A DNA stretch of 64,000 bases from Amoebophrya sp. A120. Lineage: Eukaryota; Protista; Dinoflagellata. The stretch covers positions 12,037,621-12,101,620 of the forward strand of contig CAJINV010000002.1 in NCBI GenBank assembly GCA_905178155.1, in the 5' to 3' direction. The notes beneath the pieces are model-generated. The model did no database searches, was not told the origin of the DNA, and saw only the letters and a program-made list of their open reading frames with translations. Positions 46,722 to 57,700 of this stretch are shown piece after piece. Each line of letters begins with the position of its first letter. The first letter of the stretch is position 1. The translations under genes were made by a program, and so were the position numbers.

Positions 46722-49612
46722 TCTTCAGCTTCCTTGCGTCGTCTGCCGGTGAGCAGCTTCCTTGCGTCGTCTTCAGCTGCGCAGGCCCGGATTTGCTCTG
46801 CCGTGAGGCCGCCAGAAATCACTGCCTCTGGGTCCCTGCAAGAGTTTTTTTGGTATTGAAACCAGCGCTGCGCCTTCGTCCCTTTGTCGAACTTTTGTAC
46901 AGTTGAAACCACGCGAACGCTTGGGATTTGTTCCGCTGCCCAGATTCCGAAGGCGTAATCTTCGCCTGCGTAGTTGAACAGCTCTGCTTGGTGGTCAGCA
47001 ACATACTGAACAAATTCCCAGGAGAAAACTTCGCCAGCTGTCCCACTGAGATAAGGAGGATAATGGCTGTGCGGGTAGTTCTTCTCTACCCACTTTGACG
47101 TCGTCGGATCGTCCTGCACTGGCATTTGCTGCCAGACAAGCCCAAGCAGAATTTTTTCTGATGCGGGATCGAGGCCTGTCGTCGGGAAGTCGTCATCTTT
47201 TTGCGGAAAAAGAAATCGCTGTAACGGGAAACGCCTCACGTACGCGTCGTCGTCCACCTTAACGATCCACTGTAACGTCTTGGAGAATTGGGGTTGCGAC
47301 GTGACCCATTGAAAGGCAAGCTTCATTTTCAAAGTACTGTTGTGATACACGTCCACCATTGGCAGAAGGACCATGTCGTCATGCATTTTCTCTTCTTGCT
47401 GGAGTGCTGCAGTAAGCTGCTGTTCTTTCTCGCGTTGCACCAGCCACGCGTTTTGTGAAGTGCTGCTTTTGCCTGCAGCTGCAGCGCCAAAAAACCACCG
47501 ATCAAGAATGCTGAGAATGGAACTGCGTTCTTCTTTGCGCGGCGTGCAGTAGCCTCCAACGGCTCGGTCCACAGCGATCCGCTCGGAAAGTGGAATCTCA
47601 CAGCCCTGTGCGCCAACAAGAAAGTGAGCCCAAGGCCTCCGACTGCCGGCGTTGCCTCCCTCGCTCCACATCCGGTTCTGTTTCAACCATGTCGCGCGTA
47701 TCACTTGCCTCTTCGCAAAGTTTTCTCGTGCGGAAAGAATGAGGACATGCATGCGTTCTCGCTTGTCTTCTGCTGCTGGCACAGTGACATTAAGCGACTT
47801 CGCTTCGGAGCTCCGTCCCATGACTGAAACGCGTTCGTGCCGACCGACGTCAGTGCGAGGCTCGTTCTCGTCCGTTTTTGCTGATACACTTGACGCTCCA
47901 GTACTGGTATGGTGCGTCTCGCCGTGCGTCGATGGCGACGTCTGTGGTGATGTCTCTGCGTTCGACATGAAGGCGGTGGCGAAAGGGGTCGCTACTGGCT
48001 GAAGCAGGGCCTGCGGACATTCCCGGTTCGTCAGGGCTTTTTGTGTACTATTTTGAGTCAGGGACCACGAAGCACGGTGCCCGACCACTACCGGACATAG
48101 AAGTCGTACGGTCTTTCCTCTCTTCGCCGCCCACGGATACCAGTCGTTGTCAATCGCAAGGTTGAGGTGCGGGTCGCGGGCCGCCTTGGCGAGTGACGGG
48201 TCGAGGAAGGTGGAGACGAAGTCCGGAAGGTCAGCCGTGCGAATCGCCCAGCCATACGAACCGAACGAGAATCCAAGTTGAGCTAGCCGATAGCGCGTCC
48301 CCAAGCCAGTGGCGACATCTTGCGACACGAGCGAAACGCTTCGGCTCCGGTGACGCGCCCGTTGCCGGCCCGGCCTTGGGGCTTGGAGGTACTCCTGCGC
48401 CCCAAGCAGGACGATGCTGGTGTCTTTTGGCCAAGAGTGGAGAAGGGCTTCGCTCACATCGTTGACGTCTTCCTCGGCCAACCACATCGCGTCATCTTCG
48501 AAGACAAAAATGAGCTCCGGAAAGGCGACGCCGCGGCCGGGGCCCTTCCGCTTGTCGATCTCCGCGCCTTGCGGAGTGGACGTGGATAGTGGCGTTGGGA
48601 TTGACTTTGATACAACCCTAGATCCGTGGTCTGCATCTGCGTAAGTGTTAACGTGGTGAACGTGCTTGTTCACCATCTGTAGCTGTAGGAGAGCCTTGAA
48701 ACAGCGCGCGAGGGAGGTCTCGAGTCCGATGCCCCGACGGGAAATCAGTACGGCTGGGCAATGGTGAATGGCGTGGGGCCCCTTGCTCCCGAAGTCGTTT
48801 CGTGCAGCAAACTTCGTCAGTTTCTCGCGCGAACCTGCTGGAATAGCTCCAGCTGCTTCGTTCGTGCTATTTCCATCACTTGAAGATGACGAAATCTTTG
48901 CTGGATCTTGGGCGTCTCCGAAGCCGATCACCATAAGGAACGCTCCAGCTGCTTTTGTGCTTGGCGCGCCTGTGCCATCTTCGGCGTCGTCAGAATTCTT
49001 CATTTCCGTCGAGTTCTGAACGTCCGTGTTTGCAGGGGAATTCGGTTTTGGGCGGCCGCCAGTACCTTCTGCCGCTACGGCTGCCCACACGTTAAATGGA
49101 ACCAAATGCACTCCGCCACGAGAATCATCCGAATCTTCCATCATGTATGAAAAATTCGAATTCGGGATAGAAGCACGGCTTCGTTCACCTTGTAGTTGTA
49201 CGAAACTCGGACGACGTGATGCGGGCCCGGTACCAGCGGGTCCTGAAAACGAAACTGCATCGCCTGTCGCGGATACGAGAGCCGCACCATCCGCACCAGC
49301 GCTTGGTGCCAATGCGCGTCGCGGGGCGTCATGACCCCGGTCCTTCACCCGATGCGCCTTGTCATTTTTACGGTCGTGATGATGATCGTCATCGTGATCG
49401 ACGTCCACCTGCCAATGATAGGGGTCCTCGTCCTCCTCTTGCCGCAATAATCTTGTTCTAGCTTTGATGCTTTGATCGAGCTCGCGCCGATAAATTCCAA
49501 ATGCCGGTGAAACCCGTGACGTTCGCAACAGCAAACAGAGGAAGGAGAGCTTCATTTTCCGCGTCGATCGCATCGTCCTTACGCGCCTGTATTCCTTGTG
49601 GAGCCGCTTCAC
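46697..49612 (-). CDS. Fusion of a GT25-like domain and a GT31 beta-1,3-glycosyltransferase (B3GALNT2-like), copy A
   Basis: Same N-half as 42121..45186. C-half: ILSARENFAKRQVIRATW, FLVGAQGCEIP, EEKMHDDMVLLPMVDVYHN, IVKVDDDAYV, KWVEKNYP..YPPY, GEDYAFGIW. Confidence 0.88.
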   Translation of the reverse strand: MKRLHKEYRRVRTMRSTRKMKLSFLCLLLRTSRVSPAFGIYRRELDQSIKARTRLLRQEEDEDPYHWQVDVDHDDDHHHDRKNDKAHRVKDRGHDAPRRALAPSAGADGAALVSATGDAVSFSGPAGTGPASRRPSFVQLQGERSRASIPNSNFSYMMEDSDDSRGGVHLVPFNVWAAVAAEGTGGRPKPNSPANTDVQNSTEMKNSDDAEDGTGAPSTKAAGAFLMVIGFGDAQDPAKISSSSSDGNSTNEAAGAIPAGSREKLTKFAARNDFGSKGPHAIHHCPAVLISRRGIGLETSLARCFKALLQLQMVNKHVHHVNTYADADHGSRVVSKSIPTPLSTSTPQGAEIDKRKGPGRGVAFPELIFVFEDDAMWLAEEDVNDVSEALLHSWPKDTSIVLLGAQEYLQAPRPGRQRARHRSRSVSLVSQDVATGLGTRYRLAQLGFSFGSYGWAIRTADLPDFVSTFLDPSLAKAARDPHLNLAIDNDWYPWAAKRGKTVRLLCPVVVGHRASWSLTQNSTQKALTNRECPQALLQPVATPFATAFMSNAETSPQTSPSTHGETHHTSTGASSVSAKTDENEPRTDVGRHERVSVMGRSSEAKSLNVTVPAAEDKRERMHVLILSARENFAKRQVIRATWLKQNRMWSEGGNAGSRRPWAHFLVGAQGCEIPLSERIAVDRAVGGYCTPRKEERSSILSILDRWFFGAAAAGKSSTSQNAWLVQREKEQQLTAALQQEEKMHDDMVLLPMVDVYHNSTLKMKLAFQWVTSQPQFSKTLQWIVKVDDDAYVRRFPLQRFLFPQKDDDFPTTGLDPASEKILLGLVWQQMPVQDDPTTSKWVEKNYPHSHYPPYLSGTAGEVFSWEFVQYVADHQAELFNYAGEDYAFGIWAAEQIPSVRVVSTVQKFDKGTKAQRWFQYQKNSCRDPEAVISGGLTAEQIRACAAEDDARKLLTGRRRKEAEDGATGSAS

Positions 49613-50392
49613 CTAGAAAAACCAGAGACTGGTTAAGAAGTGGAACACCATGAGATTGTGACCACGAAGATTTTTTCCCGGAATAAGGAGTGTGCGTTTA
49701 TTTTTCGATACGCCCACTACGCATACTTTTACTTACACAGCTACATGAATTCGATGGCTGCTCTACGTCGATGTCGACCTCTAATTGAATTTGGCCCCTG
49801 ACTTAAGATCGTCCCTCTTTTGTTTGCCTCTCCGGTGCCGGCCGTGAGGACAACAGGCAAAGGTTGACTCGCTTCCACATGTGGCACCCGCTTTTTTTTT
49901 TTGCAAGCGCCCTCTGCCCCTTTGCTCCATCACTAACTAAAATGCAACCAAAACCTCACACAAAGACTAAGACACACCTCACAATGAAATCAAAACTGTA
50001 GTCCCTTTCTCTGGTACAGAGACAGAATGAAGGAATGCAATGAAAATCGTTACTAAAATTAAAATACAACCCCGAAGAACAGCTGGAGATTACGTTAACA
50101 GAATCTGAAAGTTGTGAAGCCCCGAAGAGCGGTCATTTCAGCAGAAAGAACTGAAAGTGGTTGATATCGTCGTGCGCTTCATTATGTACTGGAAAATTTC
50201 ATACAAGACTTCTTTTTCCAACCCAGATGTTTTTCACAAATGCGATCGGATGTTGTCTATTCTTAGGAAGCACATGTGGCAACAAGAGTGGCTTCGATGT
50301 TTAATACCGTGGTCACCGCCATTGCAATTGCTTCATTTGGAAGATAGCGAATGCAGGTGCTTCTCGCTGCACACGCATTGGCGAATGCCACA

Positions 50393-51061
50393 TCAGTGTC
50401 TTGTCTGTCGCGGAGGGTTGTTTTCGCATTCGAGCTCTTTAATATGGCGGAAAATTTGCTGCCTGGCCTGCAAAGCAGTTGTTTTGCGAGTGAAAGGGTC
50501 TCCAAAACCAACCCACTCGGCGTGCCCCATGTTGGCAAACCACAGTACCTTGAGTAGAGACGGTTTCACGGGTTCCTCAGCGTTGGTAGTACTTGTACCT
50601 GCTTCATCTTGTGCAGCTCCTGAATGATCTTCCCTGGCACGACTAGAAGTAGCACTGGATAATTTGGGCCGAAGCCGAGCAAGATCAGTCGCGTCCTCGT
50701 CTTCCAGGTACAAGCGTACAGAGTGTGCCGGGATGAGGCCGTCCAAGCCACAGAGGACCACGAGCGTGGGCGTTTCACTCAACTCTTCTTTGTGCAGCTG
50801 CACTTGGTTCATCCACGAATTTCGGGCGAGACAGTTCGCAATGTGCGGCTCAGACACGATGAAGGCTCGCAACAGTAGAGCCGCCCAGTGCGGCGGAATT
50901 CGGTAGGTCGTGTTGTAGGCTGTGTCCGGCATCTGGAGCAGGAAGCACACAGGGTCCAGGAGTGTCATGTACTTGATAACGCTTGGCGCAGCGTTCGTTG
51001 AAGTCTTTCGGCAGTAGTAGGTCAGACTCCCAGCTTTCAGCTCGCGGAACCCGTGGCGCCG
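50393..51061 (-). pseudogene. 3' fragment of the alpha/beta-hydrolase gene with the same internal deletion (copy 2, recombinant)
   Basis: Left part matches the intact gene; right part matches fragment copy 1. Confidence 0.9.
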
Positions 51062-53952
51062 TCTTCAGCTTCCTTGCGTCGTCTGCCGGTGAGCAGCTTC
51101 CTTGCGTCGTCTTCAGCTGCGCAGGCCCGGATTTGCTCTGCCGTGAGGCCGCCAGAAATCACTGCCTCTGGGTCCCTGCAAGAGTTTTTTTGGTATTGAA
51201 ACCAGCGCTGCGCCTTCGTCCCTTTGTCGAACTTTTGTACAGTTGAAACCACGCGAACGCTTGGGATTTGTTCCGCTGCCCAGATTCCGAAGGCGTAATC
51301 TTCGCCTGCGTAGTTGAACAGCTCTGCTTGGTGGTCAGCAACATACTGAACAAATTCCCAGGAGAAAACTTCGCCAGCTGTCCCACTGAGATAAGGAGGA
51401 TAATGGCTGTGCGGGTAGTTCTTCTCTACCCACTTTGACGTCGTCGGATCGTCCTGCACTGGCATTTGCTGCCAGACAAGCCCAAGCAGAATTTTTTCTG
51501 ATGCGGGATCGAGGCCTGTCGTCGGGAAGTCGTCATCTTTTTGCGGAAAAAGAAATCGCTGTAACGGGAAACGCCTCACGTACGCGTCGTCGTCCACCTT
51601 AACGATCCACTGTAACGTCTTGGAGAATTGGGGTTGCGACGTGACCCATTGAAAGGCAAGCTTCATTTTCAAAGTACTGTTGTGATACACGTCCACCATT
51701 GGCAGAAGGACCATGTCGTCATGCATTTTCTCTTCTTGCTGGAGTGCTGCAGTAAGCTGCTGTTCTTTCTCGCGTTGCACCAGCCACGCGTTTTGTGAAG
51801 TGCTGCTTTTGCCTGCAGCTGCAGCGCCAAAAAACCACCGATCAAGAATGCTGAGAATGGAACTGCGTTCTTCTTTGCGCGGCGTGCAGTAGCCTCCAAC
51901 GGCTCGGTCCACAGCGATCCGCTCGGAAAGTGGAATCTCACAGCCCTGTGCGCCAACAAGAAAGTGAGCCCAAGGCCTCCGACTGCCGGCGTTGCCTCCC
52001 TCGCTCCACATCCGGTTCTGTTTCAACCATGTCGCGCGTATCACTTGCCTCTTCGCAAAGTTTTCTCGTGCGGAAAGAATGAGGACATGCATGCGTTCTC
52101 GCTTGTCTTCTGCTGCTGGCACAGTGACATTAAGCGACTTCGCTTCGGAGCTCCGTCCCATGACTGAAACGCGTTCGTGCCGACCGACGTCAGTGCGAGG
52201 CTCGTTCTCGTCCGTTTTTGCTGATACACTTGACGCTCCAGTACTGGTATGGTGCGTCTCGCCGTGCGTCGATGGCGACGTCTGTGGTGATGTCTCTGCG
52301 TTCGACATGAAGGCGGTGGCGAAAGGGGTCGCTACTGGCTGAAGCAGGGCCTGCGGACATTCCCGGTTCGTCAGGGCTTTTTGTGTACTATTTTGAGTCA
52401 GGGACCACGAAGCACGGTGCCCGACCACTACCGGACATAGAAGTCGTACGGTCTTTCCTCTCTTCGCCGCCCACGGATACCAGTCGTTGTCAATCGCAAG
52501 GTTGAGGTGCGGGTCGCGGGCCGCCTTGGCGAGTGACGGGTCGAGGAAGGTGGAGACGAAGTCCGGAAGGTCAGCCGTGCGAATCGCCCAGCCATACGAA
52601 CCGAACGAGAATCCAAGTTGAGCTAGCCGATAGCGCGTCCCCAAGCCAGTGGCGACATCTTGCGACACGAGCGAAACGCTTCGGCTCCGGTGACGCGCCC
52701 GTTGCCGGCCCGGCCTTGGGGCTTGGAGGTACTCCTGCGCCCCAAGCAGGACGATGCTGGTGTCTTTTGGCCAAGAGTGGAGAAGGGCTTCGCTCACATC
52801 GTTGACGTCTTCCTCGGCCAACCACATCGCGTCATCTTCGAAGACAAAAATGAGCTCCGGAAAGGCGACGCCGCGGCCGGGGCCCTTCCGCTTGTCGATC
52901 TCCGCGCCTTGCGGAGTGGACGTGGATAGTGGCGTTGGGATTGACTTTGATACAACCCTAGATCCGTGGTCTGCATCTGCGTAAGTGTTAACGTGGTGAA
53001 CGTGCTTGTTCACCATCTGTAGCTGTAGGAGAGCCTTGAAACAGCGCGCGAGGGAGGTCTCGAGTCCGATGCCCCGACGGGAAATCAGTACGGCTGGGCA
53101 ATGGTGAATGGCGTGGGGCCCCTTGCTCCCGAAGTCGTTTCGTGCAGCAAACTTCGTCAGTTTCTCGCGCGAACCTGCTGGAATAGCTCCAGCTGCTTCG
53201 TTCGTGCTATTTCCATCACTTGAAGATGACGAAATCTTTGCTGGATCTTGGGCGTCTCCGAAGCCGATCACCATAAGGAACGCTCCAGCTGCTTTTGTGC
53301 TTGGCGCGCCTGTGCCATCTTCGGCGTCGTCAGAATTCTTCATTTCCGTCGAGTTCTGAACGTCCGTGTTTGCAGGGGAATTCGGTTTTGGGCGGCCGCC
53401 AGTACCTTCTGCCGCTACGGCTGCCCACACGTTAAATGGAACCAAATGCACTCCGCCACGAGAATCATCCGAATCTTCCATCATGTATGAAAAATTCGAA
53501 TTCGGGATAGAAGCACGGCTTCGTTCACCTTGTAGTTGTACGAAACTCGGACGACGTGATGCGGGCCCGGTACCAGCGGGTCCTGAAAACGAAACTGCAT
53601 CGCCTGTCGCGGATACGAGAGCCGCACCATCCGCACCAGCGCTTGGTGCCAATGCGCGTCGCGGGGCGTCATGACCCCGGTCCTTCACCCGATGCGCCTT
53701 GTCATTTTTACGGTCGTGATGATGATCGTCATCGTGATCGACGTCCACCTGCCAATGATAGGGGTCCTCGTCCTCCTCTTGCCGCAATAATCTTGTTCTA
53801 GCTTTGATGCTTTGATCGAGCTCGCGCCGATAAATTCCAAATGCCGGTGAAACCCGTGACGTTCGCAACAGCAAACAGAGGAAGGAGAGCTTCATTTTCC
53901 GCGTCGATCGCATCGTCCTTACGCGCCTGTATTCCTTGTGGAGCCGCTTCAC
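51037..53952 (-). CDS. Fusion of a GT25-like domain and GT31 (B3GALNT2-like), copy B
   Basis: The 971-aa translation is identical to that of 46697..49612. Confidence 0.88.
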   Translation of the reverse strand: MKRLHKEYRRVRTMRSTRKMKLSFLCLLLRTSRVSPAFGIYRRELDQSIKARTRLLRQEEDEDPYHWQVDVDHDDDHHHDRKNDKAHRVKDRGHDAPRRALAPSAGADGAALVSATGDAVSFSGPAGTGPASRRPSFVQLQGERSRASIPNSNFSYMMEDSDDSRGGVHLVPFNVWAAVAAEGTGGRPKPNSPANTDVQNSTEMKNSDDAEDGTGAPSTKAAGAFLMVIGFGDAQDPAKISSSSSDGNSTNEAAGAIPAGSREKLTKFAARNDFGSKGPHAIHHCPAVLISRRGIGLETSLARCFKALLQLQMVNKHVHHVNTYADADHGSRVVSKSIPTPLSTSTPQGAEIDKRKGPGRGVAFPELIFVFEDDAMWLAEEDVNDVSEALLHSWPKDTSIVLLGAQEYLQAPRPGRQRARHRSRSVSLVSQDVATGLGTRYRLAQLGFSFGSYGWAIRTADLPDFVSTFLDPSLAKAARDPHLNLAIDNDWYPWAAKRGKTVRLLCPVVVGHRASWSLTQNSTQKALTNRECPQALLQPVATPFATAFMSNAETSPQTSPSTHGETHHTSTGASSVSAKTDENEPRTDVGRHERVSVMGRSSEAKSLNVTVPAAEDKRERMHVLILSARENFAKRQVIRATWLKQNRMWSEGGNAGSRRPWAHFLVGAQGCEIPLSERIAVDRAVGGYCTPRKEERSSILSILDRWFFGAAAAGKSSTSQNAWLVQREKEQQLTAALQQEEKMHDDMVLLPMVDVYHNSTLKMKLAFQWVTSQPQFSKTLQWIVKVDDDAYVRRFPLQRFLFPQKDDDFPTTGLDPASEKILLGLVWQQMPVQDDPTTSKWVEKNYPHSHYPPYLSGTAGEVFSWEFVQYVADHQAELFNYAGEDYAFGIWAAEQIPSVRVVSTVQKFDKGTKAQRWFQYQKNSCRDPEAVISGGLTAEQIRACAAEDDARKLLTGRRRKEAEDGATGSAS

Positions 53953-54732
53953 CTAGAAAAACCAGAGACTGGTTAAGAAGTGGAACACCATGAGATTGTG
54001 ACCACGAAGATTTTTTCCCGGAATAAGGAGTGTGCGTTTATTTTTCGATACGCCCACTACGCATACTTTTACTTACACAGCTACATGAATTCGATGGCTG
54101 CTCTACGTCGATGTCGACCTCTAATTGAATTTGGCCCCTGACTTAAGATCGTCCCTCTTTTGTTTGCCTCTCCGGTGCCGGCCGTGAGGACAACAGGCAA
54201 AGGTTGACTCGCTTCCACATGTGGCACCCGCTTTTTTTTTTTGCAAGCGCCCTCTGCCCCTTTGCTCCATCACTAACTAAAATGCAACCAAAACCTCACA
54301 CAAAGACTAAGACACACCTCACAATGAAATCAAAACTGTAGTCCCTTTCTCTGGTACAGAGACAGAATGAAGGAATGCAATGAAAATCGTTACTAAAATT
54401 AAAATACAACCCCGAAGAACAGCTGGAGATTACGTTAACAGAATCTGAAAGTTGTGAAGCCCCGAAGAGCGGTCATTTCAGCAGAAAGAACTGAAAGTGG
54501 TTGATATCGTCGTGCGCTTCATTATGTACTGGAAAATTTCATACAAGACTTCTTTTTCCAACCCAGATGTTTTTCACAAATGCGATCGGATGTTGTCTAT
54601 TCTTAGGAAGCACATGTGGCAACAAGAGTGGCTTCGATGTTTAATACCGTGGTCACCGCCATTGCAATTGCTTCATTTGGAAGATAGCGAATGCAGGTGC
54701 TTCTCGCTGCACACGCATTGGCGAATGCCACA

Positions 54733-57700
54733 TCAGTGTCTTGTCTGTCGCGGAGGGTTGTTTTCGCATTCGAGCTCTTTAATATGGCGGAAAATTTGCT
54801 GCCTGGCCTGCAAAGCAGTTGTTTTGCGAGTGAAAGGGTCTCCAAAACCAACCCACTCGGCGTGCCCCATGTTGGCAAACCACAGTACCTTGAGTAGAGA
54901 CGGTTTCACGGGTTCCTCAGCGTTGGTAGTACTTGTACCTGCTTCATCTTGTGCAGCTCCTGAATGATCTTCCCTGGCACGACTAGAAGTAGCACTGGAT
55001 AATTTGGGCCGAAGCCGAGCAAGATCAGTCGCGTCCTCGTCTTCCAGGTACAAGCGTACAGAGTGTGCCGGGATGAGGCCGTCCAAGCCACAGAGGACCA
55101 CGAGCGTGGGCGTTTCACTCAACTCTTCTTTGTGCAGCTGCACTTGGTTCATCCACGAATTTCGGGCGAGACAGTTCGCAATGTGCGGCTCAGACACGAT
55201 GAAGGCTCGCAACAATAGAGCCGCCCAGTGCGGCGGAATTCGGTAGGTCGTGTTGTAGGCTGTGTCCGGCATCTGAAGCAGGAAGCACACAGGGTCCAGG
55301 AGTGTCATGTACTTGATGACGCTTGGCTGCCGCTTCAGAACCCAGGACACCACGAAGGACCCGAAAGAGTGACCAATAAAGTGTACCCCGGTTACGCCTT
55401 TTTGTTGTTGAGTGGAGCTGCGCACCTTGTTGTGTGAACTGGTCGTTGTTGAACTGGAAGACGATGTACCCGACGTGTCGCCATCCACAGCGCCAGCCGT
55501 TATGGTTCGTTCGCTGGGATGGACGGTCGGGGAAATGACGGGGACTCCCGGCGTGGTTGAAGATGTAGGAGACTTCTCGCGCTGGCTACGGCTTCCCGCC
55601 CCAGCGATGTTGTAGTATTCGTCGTAGTGGGCTGCAAGCATGTCAATCAGGCAGGCTACGGTTTCGGACGCGGACGACACTTTTTCCTCCAGCTGCATGG
55701 AGATGAAGGGTAACGTGGGCAAAAAAATATCGCGATCCGGAAAATTTTGCACCAGCTCGGCGAAGAACGGCAAATACTCGAACAGGCCGAATCCCAAGCC
55801 GTGCAGGAACACCAACGGAACCGGGGGCGGTTCTGAAGCTTGTGGCGCAGACGAGAGGGCCCGCGCAGCGTTCGTTGAAGTCTTTCGGCAGTAGTAGGTC
55901 AGACTCCCAGCTTTCAGCTCGCGGAACCCGTGGCGCCGCAGGAAAATGTCGGCGATGAGCGGCAAAATTTGTTGGGTCAGCACATAGAAGAGAGCGGGCC
56001 GGGGGCTCGCATTCAGCGGATCCAACATGGGTCGTATGCACAGGATGTTTGCGTTGCGCCCGGCGGGGAATTTGTGTCCGCCCAGCCACTTTTGCAGGTG
56101 CCGCAGCATCTTGTCCAGATAGATGTGTCGAGCTTGTCGGTGCTGCAACGCACGCTCGGTGCTTCGCTGCGATGGCACATGATCCCGGTCAAGCTCAGCC
56201 GCATTGGTCGCGATGTCGTCAGCGAAGCTAACGGGCCGCTGAAACTGAATTTCTTTGGTGTCGGAGCGCTGGTGAAGCTTCAGCATTTTCCTTCCGAGCC
56301 TCTGCTCTCGTTTAACATTCGCTGCCGAGTCGTTCATGAAGGCAGCACAAAGGAAGTCCTCTACATTTTTCTTTTGCAGTTCGCGAAGCTGCACTAAGGG
56401 CTCCTCCCCTTGATTTTTCGCAGTGCGCGCCTGCCAATCTGTATGGCGAAACCAACCACAGAAGAAGGACTCGCGCAAGGTGCGTTCACGTTCAGCCTCC
56501 GAAGTGCCATCACATGCAACACTTGCTCCGACACCTACAGAAAGGGGGGGCTCGTCTTCTCTCACCAGAGAGGTCTTGGCGTTGCGGTCTAGCCGAATAA
56601 AGTTTTCGACCGAGCGCCCGCGGTGCAGGCTGGAAGAATCTCGCGCATTTGTTGTAATTGCTCGGTTGATGTGCGGGGACAGAGCAGCGCTGGGGCCTCC
56701 ACTGGGTGGCGATCTATCCCGAAGATGCTCCAAATCGTGTGCTCTTGTCAAGTGCTTGCGCACGATGTTCGTGATAGTCTCAAGCGAGCGAGTGAGGTCA
56801 GCATATGCGACGATGTTCGGCACGCGTGGCGGATTTACCGGCGCGTTGTTCAGGCGGTGTATGCGGTACTTTTGGTACAGAAAGAACACTACCTCTACGA
56901 AGGCGTAGGTCTTCAGCAAGAACGCCAGCCACCGCGAGACCACGTTTTTGGTTGGCGGCGCTTCGTAGCCCGCTCCAATGGACGCTCCGGGAATGCGGAA
57001 GAGAAACAAGGCTCCATTGACAAGACAATCGACGGCAAGCGAACCAAACGTAGCTGTAGCTCCGGAGGACGAGGACATCGAGCTGGCCTTGTTTGCAGCA
57101 TGTGCCGAATTTGCTGTTCGTGGTCCGGTTGCCGTTTCTGTTTCGTTTCCGGTTGGAAAGGCATACATTTGGAGAAAGTAGGGCAATAGGAATCGCCTCA
57201 TTAGCTCGATTTCGGTGCGGTGGTAGTAAAGCCTAAGACTCTTGCTCGACGACGCCTCCGCTCCCCCTTGCAGCGATGACTCAAGCTGCACCAATTGTGC
57301 TGCGAGTCTGAGGGAGCGCCGTAGCACCCGCCGCAGCCAAAACCAGAGGCAGGCGTATGGAATCGCATGCACGGGATAAATGAGGCCCAGTTTTACGAGC
57401 CACGTCATAAAGACGTTCCAGCGGCCGGTTGTGCAGAAGATCGCTTCGTGCTCAGCATGAGCCTCGTCGTGCTGTCTCAATAACCGCGAAATAAAGCTCC
57501 TCCGGGAATTGTAACTGAGAGCGTTTTCATCTTTTTCATCTGCAGAGGATGGTCGTGCTCGTGGCAGGTCTTGTTCGTCGGTGTGTCCCGAGCGTGCTTT
57601 CCTGCGCGGCTTTTTCTCATCTGTCCCACGCGGTTGCACCTCGATCTCTGCTCCACGCATGCCCTCATTAAAGGTAACATGAGCGGCCGCGCTACGATCT

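Larger units (their letters stand above)
46302..55214. repeat. Recent tandem segmental duplication, 4340-bp period
   Basis: 46302-50874 matches 50642-55214 with no differences seen by eye. ORF pairs are offset by exactly 4340 (46697/51037, 50393/54733). Confidence 0.95.

Noticed and set aside
46690-46730. Programmed frameshift fusing GT31 to the hydrolase fragment
   Set aside because: The frames overlap, but there is no slippery heptamer and the fragment is catalytically deleted.
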